Below, piece by piece: positions 1 through 17,071 of a DNA stretch of 64,000 bases. A program made the translations under genes and the position numbers. Under the pieces are notes generated by a model that was not told the DNA's origin, searched no databases, and saw nothing but the letters and a program-made list of their open reading frames with translations. How positions within the stretch are numbered: the first letter of the stretch is position 1; each line of letters opens with the position of its first letter. Source of the stretch: an uncultured Planctomycetota bacterium (GTDB lineage Bacteria > Planctomycetota > Planctomycetia > Isosphaerales > Isosphaeraceae); NCBI GenBank assembly GCA_963737655.1, contig CAVTTN010000002.1:6624001-6688000 (forward strand). Direction: 5' to 3'.

Positions 1-183
1 ACGGCCGGTATCGCCTCGGGCTCGGCCGAGCCCCACAAGACCAAGGTGGCGACGGTCACGGCCGAGCAGGTCCAGAAGATCGCCGAGACCAAGTTCCAGG
101 ACCTCAACGCCCGGGACATGGAGCACGCCTGCCGGATCATCGCCGGGACCGCCCGGAGCATGGGCATCGACATCAAGGGGTGA
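1..183 (+). CDS. rplK: 50S ribosomal protein L11, 3' part (5' end outside window)
   Basis: Frame 1 reads [60 protein letters not shown], the L11 C-terminal signature; lies upstream of rplA. Confidence 0.97.
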   Translation, partial: TAGIASGSAEPHKTKVATVTAEQVQKIAETKFQDLNARDMEHACRIIAGTARSMGIDIKG

Positions 184-237
184 ACCGGATGGCTTGGACC
201 CTGATCTCTTGGATATCGCCCGCCACCGATCGGTGAC

Positions 238-309
238 GGGCGGCGAGCTCAGTGGTCCGAGCAGGCTCCTTATCAGGGCCGGGTGAGGGTTCGATTCCCT
301 CGCCGCCTA
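238..309 (+). tRNA. tRNA-Ile-like cloverleaf, anticodon TAT (UAU); atypical, possibly pseudo or tRNA-like
   Basis: Acceptor GGGCGGC/GCCGCCT, D arm GCTC-AGTGGTCC-GAGC, anticodon arm GGCTC-CTTATCA-GGGCC (TAT at 271-273), T arm GAGGG-TTCGATT-CCCTC, discriminator A, no encoded CCA. Non-canonical G8, C21, C37. Confidence 0.8.
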
Positions 310-407
310 CTTCGAAGCGATCATCTCGCGCCGGCGCGACCGCCCGCCGGAACTCTCGCGAGGATTCCTCACATCGGCGGCAGCCCCCAACGAAGGGAGC
401 GAACGGT

Positions 408-1085
408 TTGGCAGTCTATTCGAAGCGATTCCGGGCCCTGAAGGAGAAGGTCAAGCCCGACCCTCTCCCCCTGGCCGAGGCCGTCAAGCAGCTCAAGACC
501 TTCGGGACGACGAAGTTCAACCAGACCGTGGAGGTCTCGACGAACCTCGGGATCGACCCGAAGCAGAGCGATCAGAACGTCCGCGGCTCGGTGGCGCTGC
601 CCCACGGGATCGGCAAGGCGGTCCGGGTGGCGGTGTTCGCCCAGGGGGACAACGCCGAGAAGGCCCGGGCCGCCGGCGCGGACATCGTCGGCGGGGATGA
701 CCTGGCCCAGAAGATCAAGGGCGGGTTCATGGATTTCGACGTGGCCCTGGCCACGCCGGACATGATGGGCGTCGTCGGCCCCCTGGGCCGCGTCCTGGGT
801 CCCCGAGGCCTGATGCCCAGCCCCCGCTCGGGCACCGTGACCACCGACATCACCTCCGGCGTGAAGGAATTCAAGGCCGGCAAGATCGAGTTCCGGTCGG
901 ACAAGGGCGGCAACGTCGCGGCGCCGGTCGGCAAGATCAACTTCAGCGAGGAGCAACTGGTCGAGAACATCCAGACGTTCCTCAACCACCTCCGCTCGGT
1001 CAAGCCGACGGCCGCCAAGGGCACGTACATCCGATCGATCACCATCTCGGCCACCATGAGCCCGGGCATCCGGGTGCTGGCCTAA
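408..1085 (+). CDS. rplA: 50S ribosomal protein L1
   Basis: [20 protein letters not shown] and [10 protein letters not shown] motifs; probable TTG start at 408 after a GAAGGGAG SD-like site. Confidence 0.97.
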   Translation: MAVYSKRFRALKEKVKPDPLPLAEAVKQLKTFGTTKFNQTVEVSTNLGIDPKQSDQNVRGSVALPHGIGKAVRVAVFAQGDNAEKARAAGADIVGGDDLAQKIKGGFMDFDVALATPDMMGVVGPLGRVLGPRGLMPSPRSGTVTTDITSGVKEFKAGKIEFRSDKGGNVAAPVGKINFSEEQLVENIQTFLNHLRSVKPTAAKGTYIRSITISATMSPGIRVLA

Positions 1086-1094
1086 GGGAGGGCG

Positions 1095-1199
1095 GAGTGG
1101 GCGGTGGGCCGTGGGCAGTGGGCAGTTGAAGAGGATAGGGAGAGACCGGTCTTTGCTTTCGTCTTCAACTGCCCACTGCCCACGGCCCACCGCCCACTC
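1095..1199. repeat. Heptamer (GTGGGCA-type) inverted-repeat hairpin, perfect 38-bp stem
   Basis: 1095-1132 is the exact reverse complement of 1162-1199; 29-nt loop. Confidence 0.97.
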
Positions 1200-1205
1200 T
1201 CAACG

Positions 1206-1760
1206 ATGAGCAAATACGTCAAAGAATTGATGATGGATCAGTTCAAGGCCGAGCTCAACGGCTCGCGGTCGGTGCTGATCCTGGATTTCAAGGGGCTGGA
1301 CGCGGTCTCGGAGAATAAGCTCCGCCTGGACCTGCGCAAGAAGAAGATCCACATGAGGGCGGTGAAGAACACGTTGGCCCGGCGGGTCTTCGCCGACGCG
1401 GGCATCCACGGCCTGGACGCGGTCCTCAGCGGCCCGAGCGTGGCCGTCTGGGGCGGAGACGGCGTGGCCGAGCTGGCCAAGGAGCTGTTCGACCAGGTCA
1501 AGAAGCTGAAGAAGCCGGCGATCAAGGGCGGCGCGGTCGATGGCGTGGTGATCGGCCCGGCCCAGGTCGAGGACATCACCAAGCTGCCGAGCCGCGAGGC
1601 CCTGATCGGCCGGGTGGTCAGCCTGGCCCTGGCGCCGGCGGCCCGCGTGGTGTCCCTGGCCAACGCCCCGGCCTCCGGCCTGCTGGGCCAGTTGAAAACG
1701 CTGGCCGAGCCGAAGGACGGCGAAGGCGGCGAGGCGGCCCCGGCCGCCGAAGGCGCCTGA
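1206..1760 (+). CDS. rplJ: 50S ribosomal protein L10
   Basis: VKNTLARR and TKLPSREALIG motifs; position between rplA and rplL; ATG at 1206 (the upstream ORF extension is translated repeat). Confidence 0.96.
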   Translation: MSKYVKELMMDQFKAELNGSRSVLILDFKGLDAVSENKLRLDLRKKKIHMRAVKNTLARRVFADAGIHGLDAVLSGPSVAVWGGDGVAELAKELFDQVKKLKKPAIKGGAVDGVVIGPAQVEDITKLPSREALIGRVVSLALAPAARVVSLANAPASGLLGQLKTLAEPKDGEGGEAAPAAEGA

Positions 1761-1890
1761 TCGGCCGACCGGCCTCCCTCTCCTCTTCCCTCGACATTCC
1801 CAGGGCCCGACGAATCGGGCCCGGTGAGTATTCTCGAACGACCGTGCGAACCCCGCACCCCTCCCGCACGAAGAAAGGATCGCAGACGCG

Positions 1891-2298
1891 ATGGCCACCG
1901 CCGAGATGACCAGCTTCGCCGACAACATCAAGACCCTGGGCGACTCGATCGTCAAGCTGACGGTCCTGGAGGCCAAGAGCCTCGGGGATTACCTGGAGAC
2001 GGTCCACGGGATCAAGGCCGCCGCCGTCGCGGCCGGCCCGGCCGTGGCCGCCCCGGTCGCCGTCGCCGCCGAGCCGGTGGCCGAGAAGACCGAGTTCGAC
2101 GTCCACCTCGAGAACTTCGGGGCCCAGAAGATCAACGTGATCAAGGTCGTCCGCGCCGCCACCGGCCTGGGCCTGAAGGAGGCCAAGGACCTGGTCGAGT
2201 CCGCCCCCAAGGCGATCAAGACCGGGATCTCCAAGGCCGACGCCGAGAAGCTCGTCAAGGAGCTCCAGGAGTCCGGGGCCACGGCCTCGGTCAAGTAA
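1891..2298 (+). CDS. rplL: 50S ribosomal protein L7/L12
   Basis: [16 protein letters not shown] and [13 protein letters not shown] motifs. Confidence 0.98.
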   Translation: MATAEMTSFADNIKTLGDSIVKLTVLEAKSLGDYLETVHGIKAAAVAAGPAVAAPVAVAAEPVAEKTEFDVHLENFGAQKINVIKVVRAATGLGLKEAKDLVESAPKAIKTGISKADAEKLVKELQESGATASVK

Positions 2299-2613
2299 TC
2301 GAACCCCCCTCCGCCTCTCGATCCGGCCGACGGCCCGCCGCCCCCTCCTCGCGAGGGGCCCGGCGGGCAGGTCGGCGACACCCCCCGAATCCCTCGCCCC
2401 GGCGATGGGCCCTCCCCACTTGCGGGGCGGGTCGGCCCGCCGGGGTGCTCTGGCGCGCGGGGAATCCTTCGGGACGATCGTGGATCATGCCCCCTCTCCT
2501 CCCGGGCCGGGACCGACCGACCGACCGGATCGGATTTGACGTGACCTCCGCGACCGCCCTCGCCCCCGTCCGAACCGCCGAGCCGATCATCTCCCCTTGA
2601 GGAGCGCGACGAT

Positions 2614-6318
<3,705 letters not shown>

Positions 6319-6414
6319 GATCCGATTCCGACCCCCTCGGCCTCGACCCTCCCGCGAGGGTCGGGCCGGGGACGATTCGATGCCCGAAGGACCGTCCGGA
6401 TCGGAGGGTACCTC

Positions 6415-6771
6415 ATGAAGACGACGACCCTGACACGGCCCGAGCAGGAAGAGCTGGATCGGATCTATCGGGAGGGCGGTCTTCGGGTCATGGCTTCACC
6501 CCACGTCCACTACGACGATCCGATCTGTCCACATCCGGGGTGTGGGCACCGCATGGAGTGGATCGATTTCAAGCTCGAACTCCACGGCGATCCCGAGGAG
6601 GGCTATCGGCCCCTGGTCCGCTCCTGGTGGGAGGGGACGGGGTTCGCGGGGCGTTGCCCGTCCTGCTCGGGCTGGATTCGATTCACGACCCTCGGGATGA
6701 AGGCCGAACGCGAGGAGGGGGCCGCCCCCCGTCTCCCGGAGGGCTGGGCGACCATCGCCCAGTTCGCTTGA
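6415..6771 (+). CDS. Hypothetical protein with two Cys pairs (CPHPGC, CPSC), possible Zn ribbon
   Basis: GGAGGG SD before ATG; a paralog at 20029-20393 supports coding status. Confidence 0.75.
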   Translation: MKTTTLTRPEQEELDRIYREGGLRVMASPHVHYDDPICPHPGCGHRMEWIDFKLELHGDPEEGYRPLVRSWWEGTGFAGRCPSCSGWIRFTTLGMKAEREEGAAPRLPEGWATIAQFA

Positions 6772-6795
6772 CGCCGACGGTCCTCGTGCGGGTTG

Positions 6796-6832
6796 AGCGC
6801 CGTAAGGTGGATGAAATCCACCTTACGGCGCT
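6796..6832. repeat. REP-like palindrome (GTAAGGTGGAT-GAA-ATCCACCTTAC core)
   Basis: 17-bp perfect arms with GAA loop between convergent genes; related to units at 36781 and 52138. Confidence 0.8.
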
Positions 6833-6862
6833 GAACACATCCTGAGGTCCGTCGGGAGACGA

Positions 6863-7072
6863 TCAGTGGCCCGAGCCGGCTCCTCCGGCGGTGCCGGCTC
6901 CGCCAGCTCCCCCGGTCCCGGTGCCCCCTGCGCCGGCGCCGGCCCTTGTCCCGGTGGTGCCGGTCCCGTTCCCGGTGGTGCCGGTCCCGGCGTTGTCTCC
7001 GCAACCGGACCTCGGGGGCATCGCGAGGACGCTCAGGAGGAGCGCCGCCCGAAGCGTGAATTTCCTCGACAT
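6863..7072 (-). CDS. Small Gly/Thr-rich putative lipoprotein
   Basis: Basic N-terminus, hydrophobic stretch, SGC lipobox-like site, then low-complexity GT/GA repeats. Confidence 0.6.
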   Translation of the reverse strand: MSRKFTLRAALLLSVLAMPPRSGCGDNAGTGTTGNGTGTTGTRAGAGAGGTGTGGAGGAGTAGGAGSGH

Positions 7073-7324
7073 GTTCGCGATCTCCGCTCGGTCCGATCTG
7101 CCCTCGCGGACGGACTGAGACCCACCCTGCGAGGAGCGGGCTGCCCCATCAGGCGATCCTTATGCCAGACCGGGGCCGGCGTGTGACCCGTTGCGGATCG
7201 CGGGCGGCCCCGTCAAACTCGGCCCAGAGCCTGCATCTCGCCGCGTCTAGCCATGCTGCGGCACGGGGATCGCACGGACCGTGCGGCCCGGACCCTTTTC
7301 CTGGCTCTCGGAGGATCGTTGACC

Positions 7325-8026
7325 GTGGCCGTGGACTACATGAGCTTGCTCCGGTTGCTCGATGGGATCAACTGGCTTTTCGACTTCCAGACCGGCGGCA
7401 AGAAGCGGCCGGTGTTCTTCGATGTCGAGACGACCCGCCCCGAGCTTCGCGGGCTCGATCGCGCGTTCCCCGAGATCCGCGAGGAAGTGCTCGCCCTGAT
7501 GCCCGACAAGGCGGCCATCCCCCGCTATCACGACCTCGACCGGATGCAGGACTACATCTCCGGCGCCGTCGATCCGGACAAGAGCTGGAAGGTCTTCTAC
7601 CTGTTCGCGATGGGCGAGAAGCCCGAGGCCAACCGCGCGAGATGCCCGAAGACGGCCGAGGCGCTGGACCACGTCCCCGGGCTGTTCCAGGCGTTCTTCT
7701 CGATCCTCGAAGGGGGCAAGTCGGTGCCGGCCCACTGCGGTCCGTATCGCGGTTATTTGCGATACCACCTCGGCCTGATCGTCCCCGAGGAGGCCCCGCC
7801 TTCCATCCGGATCAAGGACCAGCATTACACCTGGAAGGAAGGCGAGAGCATCCTGTTCGACGACAGTTGGAACCACGAGGTCTTCAACAAGTCGCCCGGG
7901 GATCGCGTGGTCCTGATCGTGGACATCCGCCGGCCGATGGCCGCGCCGTTCCACCTCCTCAACCGCACGGTCGAATCGGTGATGAGGGCCGTCTACGGCA
8001 AGCAGATCCTCAAGAAGCTGGCGTGA
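7325..8026 (+). CDS. Aspartyl/asparaginyl beta-hydroxylase domain protein (Fe/2OG dioxygenase)
   Basis: AFFSIL..PAHCGPYRGYLRYHLGL and W.EGE..LFDDSWNHEV motifs. Start uncertain (7253, 7325 or 7340); GGAGG at 7310-7314. Confidence 0.85.
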   Translation: MAVDYMSLLRLLDGINWLFDFQTGGKKRPVFFDVETTRPELRGLDRAFPEIREEVLALMPDKAAIPRYHDLDRMQDYISGAVDPDKSWKVFYLFAMGEKPEANRARCPKTAEALDHVPGLFQAFFSILEGGKSVPAHCGPYRGYLRYHLGLIVPEEAPPSIRIKDQHYTWKEGESILFDDSWNHEVFNKSPGDRVVLIVDIRRPMAAPFHLLNRTVESVMRAVYGKQILKKLA

Positions 8027-8037
8027 GCGCGGTCCGG

Positions 8038-8610
8038 TCAGTCCAGGAGGATCACCCCTTTGGACTCGGCGTTGACCATCCGATGCATGACCTCCCCGGG
8101 GATGCCCTTGAGGGCGATCCGGGTCTCGTCGATCCAGGCCGGGTAGATGCCTCGGACCTTCAGGTAATAGATCACCAGCGAGGTAATCACCAGGACCGGG
8201 CAGGCGATCCCGAGCACGGGCGCCTCGTAGGCGATGGCGACGCCCAGGGCGACCAACCCGGTCAGGAAGATGGCCCAGTTGATCGCCAGCCACTGCATCC
8301 GCGACGACGACGCCTGAGGAGAGACGAAGAAGGTGACCCGACCCTTCTTGCGGACGATCATGTAAACGATCAATAAAATCAGAATATTAAGCAAGATAAG
8401 CAAGTAAATCCAGGATCTGGCCCAGACGAACGTCTTCTGGATGGGGATGTTGCCGCCTTCCTGCCCGGTGTAGACGCAGATGTCCGGGAGGGTCGAGCCG
8501 ATCGGGACGACCAGGCATCCGTCCTCGATGCGGAAGGGGGAGGTATCCCCGAGATTCAGGGCGAAGACGGGCTCCGCCGAGGGGGCGTCATACGGGTTGA
8601 AGTCTTTCAT
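8038..8610 (-). CDS. Hypothetical membrane protein
   Basis: N-terminal NPY.AP motif and about three hydrophobic segments. Confidence 0.75.
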   Translation of the reverse strand: MKDFNPYDAPSAEPVFALNLGDTSPFRIEDGCLVVPIGSTLPDICVYTGQEGGNIPIQKTFVWARSWIYLLILLNILILLIVYMIVRKKGRVTFFVSPQASSSRMQWLAINWAIFLTGLVALGVAIAYEAPVLGIACPVLVITSLVIYYLKVRGIYPAWIDETRIALKGIPGEVMHRMVNAESKGVILLD

Positions 8611-8807
8611 CGAGCCATTCCCTGGTGACGATCGACGGAGGCGGAGCGTCCCCCGCTCGCCGTCCTCAATTCGGAAGTCCCCAGGCTACCCGAGCCGTCC
8701 AGCCGGAGGAAGGCGCGACCCTCGGCCGGGCTTGACCGAGGCCGAATCCGGGTCGAAAATCGCTCCGGGCTTCGGCCCCGAAACCGACGGCCCCGAGGAG
8801 CCCTCTC

Positions 8808-9431
8808 ATGGCGACGGTCCACCCGCGAATCGGGCCGGCCGACCACGGCCGGAAGATGACCCTCGACGAGTTCGAGGAGGCCGACGAGGAACCCGGTCAC
8901 CGCTACGAACTGGCCCGGGGGAGGCTGGAAGTCTCGGATGTCGCCAACGATTCCCATGCGCAGATCATCCACAACGTTCATGAAGGCTTGAGCCTCCATC
9001 GACGGGACCATCCGGGCCGGATTCACCGCTTCGTTCAAGGGAGCGACGTCCAACTGATCATCCCCGACCTGGAATCGGAGCGCCATCCCGACCTCGGCGT
9101 GATCTTTCGAGGGACGCCCCCGAACGCCCGGGGCCGAGTCCTGCCGTCTCTGGTCGTCGAGGTCGTCTCGCCGGGTCGCGAGGCCCGCGACCGGGATTAT
9201 CGGGCGAAGCGGGAGGAATACCTCGTCTTCGGCATCCGGGGATACTGGATCGTTGATCCCGAAATGCGACGGATCACCCTCCTCGTTCGTCGAGAGGCCC
9301 CCGAGGGCGAGGGATGGGCCGAACGGGCCTTCCGGGACGGGGAGATCGTCGAGAGCCCCTTGCTGCCGGGCCTCGCCATGGCCGTCTCGTCGCTCCGGAT
9401 CGACGTCGATCCGGCCGGCGGGGCTTCGTGA
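8808..9431 (+). CDS. Uma2 family (PD-D/ExK-like) endonuclease
   Basis: YELARGRLEV, PDLGV, LVVEVVSPG, KREEY and YWIVDP motifs; GAGGAG SD. Confidence 0.92.
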   Translation: MATVHPRIGPADHGRKMTLDEFEEADEEPGHRYELARGRLEVSDVANDSHAQIIHNVHEGLSLHRRDHPGRIHRFVQGSDVQLIIPDLESERHPDLGVIFRGTPPNARGRVLPSLVVEVVSPGREARDRDYRAKREEYLVFGIRGYWIVDPEMRRITLLVRREAPEGEGWAERAFRDGEIVESPLLPGLAMAVSSLRIDVDPAGGAS

Positions 9432-9565
9432 TGCCCGGAATCCCTCGGTCCTGGGAAGATAAGATTGGAGAAGGATGTCTCTGAGTGATATAACGCATCG
9501 GCGCGATGCGGCGTGGCCGGGTTGGCAGGGCCGGCCGGCGAGATCCAGGCTTCCGGGGGATTCCG

Positions 9566-11070
9566 ATGATCAGGGCATCCGGGTTCAGGGCGATGGTCGT
9601 TGTCCTCGCGGTCGCGGGCCTCGGCTCGTCGGCCCTCGCCCAGCAGAAGGCGAGCATCCACTACGGAGAGCTCCTGAAGAGGGTCCCCGACGGCGCCAAC
9701 GCCATGATGCTGGTGGACGTCGACGGCCTGCTCAACAGCAAGCTGGGCCTCCGGGAGCGATGGCGGGACGACTACCTGAAGGCCCAGTCCCGCGGGATGC
9801 TCTTCCCCGGCAACGTCTCGAAGATGCTCGTGACGAGCCAGTACGACCTCCGCGAATCGACCGAGACCTGGCAGATCACGCTGGCCCAGATGGCCCAGGG
9901 CGCCAGCCTCGGCGGGATCCAGAAGCGGGAGAACGGCTTCTCGGACCAGATCGGGGACGTCCCGGTCGTCTGGAGCCGAGGAATCTGTACTTCTTCAAGG
10001 CGAGCGACGAGATCCTCGGCGTGGCGGCCCCCGCCGATCGCCAGAGGATGGCCCGATGGCTCCGGGGCACCTTGCTGAAGCCCCGGGACGTCCCGCCCAG
10101 GTACGCCGACAGCGCCGTGTTCCTCGCCGATCGCGGCTCGCAGATCGTCCTGGCGATCGACCTGGCCGATGCCGTCTCGCCCGCCCTGGTCGAGCAGAGG
10201 CTCAAGGCCAGCGACATCCTCAAACGGGGCGTCTACGACCCCCAGATCGTCGCCCAGAGGCTCGTCAGCCTGAGGTCCGCCTACTTCGCGATCACCGTCG
10301 GCGAGACGATCGAGGGCAAGATCAAGCTGGATTTCGGGCTGCCGGCGGATTACCTCATCGCGATCGCCAAGGACATGCTCAAGTTGGCGCTGGATGACGC
10401 CGGCGCCACCCTGCCGGACCTGAACCGCTGGCGGACCTCGGGCAAGGACACCTCGATCATCCTGGAAGGCCCCCTGACCGAGGAATCGACCCGGCGCATC
10501 CTCAGCCTGGTCCAGCCGCCGATGATGTCGCACGATTCCTTCGGCGATCCGTCGCGGAACGCGCTGCCCGAAGCGGCGAAGGCCGCCCCGGCGCCGGCCC
10601 GGGAGCCGCTGTCCCACGTCGAGGCCCAGAAGCGCTACTTCCGGGCCGTGGTCGACCTCCTGGAGGGCCTCAGGAATCAGAGGGCCGAGACCGCCGCCTC
10701 GATGAGGCTGTGGTACGACCGCTACGCCAAGAGGATCGACGAGCTGCCGATCGTGGACGTCGATGCGGACCTCCTGGACTTCGGCGGCCTGGCGAGCAAG
10801 ACCCTCCGCGAGATGTCCCTGGGCATCAACTATGCGAGGAACGACCAGGTGTACCGGATCGCCGGGACGCCGAACGTCGGCGGGGTGGTGGTCGCCGGCT
10901 ACGGCTACTACGGGGGCGGAGGGACGGACAAGGCGTACGACGCCTCGGTCATCAAGAAGCAGTCCAACGCCGTGCTCAACACCCAGCTCGACGCCACCTG
11001 GAAGGGCATCGACCAGGCCGTGGCCGACATGAAGCGGAAGCTGGTCGAGCGGTACAAGGTGGAATTCTGA
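9566..11070 (+). CDS. Secreted hypothetical protein, split by one frameshift near 9976
   Basis: Signal-peptide ORF (..AVAGLGSSALA-QQ) joins the next frame as VVWS-PRNLYFFK if one C is added at 9976-9977; start approximate. Confidence 0.75.
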
Positions 11071-11129
11071 GCGGGCCCGGCCCCGCCCCGGGAAAGATCG
11101 GAAAATCCGCGAACGGGCCCGATTTTTCC

Positions 11130-11158
11130 TTGAGTTCGGCGCCGGGATCGCATAGGAT
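11130..11158 (+). promoter_or_regulatory. Putative sigma70 promoter for rpoC
   Basis: TTGAGT-17 nt-TAGGAT, about 400 nt upstream of rpoC. Confidence 0.55.
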
Positions 11159-11558
11159 CGTCAGGAAGCGACACCATCGGCTGGTTGACCCGGGGCCGCT
11201 CGTGCCGAGATTCCGACCGACAGACCATCCCGGGGCCGCCCGCGGGCCCCGGCGTCCCGCGATTGTGTCCGGCCAGGAGGACGCCGGTGCTGACCCAGGG
11301 GTAAAGGACGACCTTGACGACCGCGTCGACCCCCTCATCCGGGGGGGACGGCCCGCGGTCGTGCTCGCGTTTCCGCGACCTGGGCCGGCCCGAGGCCCCC
11401 GGATCTAGACCCACCGAACCGAATCGAACTTGGGCGCGACCGATGGCCTCGGTGATGGAAGGCGCGGCCCTCTCCGGCCCGCGCCGCCCTCTCCAATCCA
11501 ATCACCCCGCGAAAACGGCACCCCCAGACCTCGTTGCAGAGGAGAGTGTCTCGTGAGC

Positions 11559-15840
<4,282 letters not shown>

Positions 15841-15928
15841 CCGCAGGATTCCATCCCTCGGGGGCACCCCGGCGACTCATCGCGCCGGGGATGCCCCCGA
15901 GGCGCTTTCTCACCAAAAGAGGGCGGCG

Positions 15929-16255
15929 ATGCCGTTGACCATCCGGCCCGAGATCGCTCCTCTGAGGATCGATGAGGACGGCGTGGTCCGGGTGGGCCCG
16001 ACCCGGGTCACGATCGATTCGATCGTCGGGGCTTACCACGAGGGCTTCTCGGCCGAGGAGATCGCCGAGCAGTACCCCGCCGTCGAGATCGGCGACGTCT
16101 CCTCCGCCCTCGCCTACTACCTCCGCCATCGGGCCGAGCTCGACGCCTATCTCGAAGGTCGAGGGCGCGACGCCCAGGCCGTCCGCCAAACCTACGAAGC
16201 CCGATTCCCGCCCGGTCCGGGCCTCCGCCAGAGGCTCCAGGCCCGCCGCGGGTAG
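15929..16255 (+). CDS. DUF433 domain protein (putative antitoxin)
   Basis: [28 protein letters not shown] pattern. Confidence 0.9.
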   Translation: MPLTIRPEIAPLRIDEDGVVRVGPTRVTIDSIVGAYHEGFSAEEIAEQYPAVEIGDVSSALAYYLRHRAELDAYLEGRGRDAQAVRQTYEARFPPGPGLRQRLQARRG

Positions 16256-16264
16256 GAGGGCCGC

Positions 16265-16615
16265 GTGCTCCGATTCCGGGCCGACGAGAACTTCAACAAC
16301 ATCATCGTCCGCGGCCTCCGTCGCCGTTCGCCCGCCATCGACGTCGCCCGCGTCCAGGACGTCGGTCTTGGAGGAGCGGACGACCCGACGATCCTCGAAT
16401 GGGCGACGACCGAAGATCGGATCGTCCTGACCCATGACGTCAACACGATGACGGCTTACGCGATCGACCGGATCGACCGGGGCTTGCCGACCTCGGGAGT
16501 CGTGCAGGTCTCCCGTCACCTTTCGCTGGCCTCGATCCTCGACGACCTGATCTTACTGGCCGAGTTGGGGACCCCGGGGGATTTCGAGGATCCCATCCGC
16601 TACTTGCCCCTTTGA
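16265..16615 (+). CDS. DUF5615 family PIN-like protein (putative toxin)
   Basis: F.ADEN, GADDPTILEWA and RIVLTHD motifs; paired with DUF433. Confidence 0.9.
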   Translation: MLRFRADENFNNIIVRGLRRRSPAIDVARVQDVGLGGADDPTILEWATTEDRIVLTHDVNTMTAYAIDRIDRGLPTSGVVQVSRHLSLASILDDLILLAELGTPGDFEDPIRYLPL

Positions 16616-16808
16616 CTCAGCGTCCGTCCTGGCGCTGCCGGAGGCGGAGCGAGAGCTCCTCGTGGAAGAGTTGCTCCAGACCCTCCCTCCCTCCCCCGAC
16701 GAGCCGACCGACGAGCCATTCGAGGCCGAGCTGGATCGTCGGTTCGAGGAATTCGTCCGCGACCCGTCCTCCGCGATCCCCTGGTCCGAAATCCGCCGAC
16801 CGCGATAG
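16611..16808 (+). pseudogene. 5'-truncated addiction-module antitoxin (TIGR02574-like)
   Basis: Reads FDSASVLALPEAERELLVEELLQTL..EAELDRRFEEF..AIPWSEIRRPR*; no start codon between the in-frame TGA at 16548 and this segment. Confidence 0.75.
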
Positions 16809-16817
16809 GCTCCCGTC

Positions 16818-17063
16818 ATGGCCGCGATGGTCTCGTTTCATCGCCTGGCTCTGGAGGAATACCGCACCGCAGAGCGCTGGTACGCGAGGCGGAGCGGGGC
16901 CGCCCGCCGACGGTTCGAGGACGAGGTCGACAGGGCGGTCGGGCGAATTGCGGAATCGCCGGAACGATGGCCGGCGTTCGGTCGTCATCACCGCTGGGTG
17001 CGCGGCTTCCGGTTTCCCTCCATCGTCGAGTCGATGGAGCTTCCGGACCGACGACGGCCCTGA
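16818..17063 (+). pseudogene. RelE/ParE family toxin, C-terminally truncated
   Basis: FH..A.EE....WY..RF..EV..A..RI.ESPERW..RFP pattern, but the usual final strands are missing; abuts a convergent gene. Confidence 0.72.
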
Positions 17064-17071
17064 CGACTTGC

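Noticed and set aside
252..407. Extended L1 N-terminus
   Set aside because: It overlaps the tRNA-like element; TTG at 408 has an SD and matches normal L1 length.
1104..1205. N-terminal extensions such as MGRGQWAV../CPLPTAH.. on L10, L17 and L24, and ORFs at 27291-27594
   Set aside because: These are translations of the heptamer repeats; canonical starts lie downstream.
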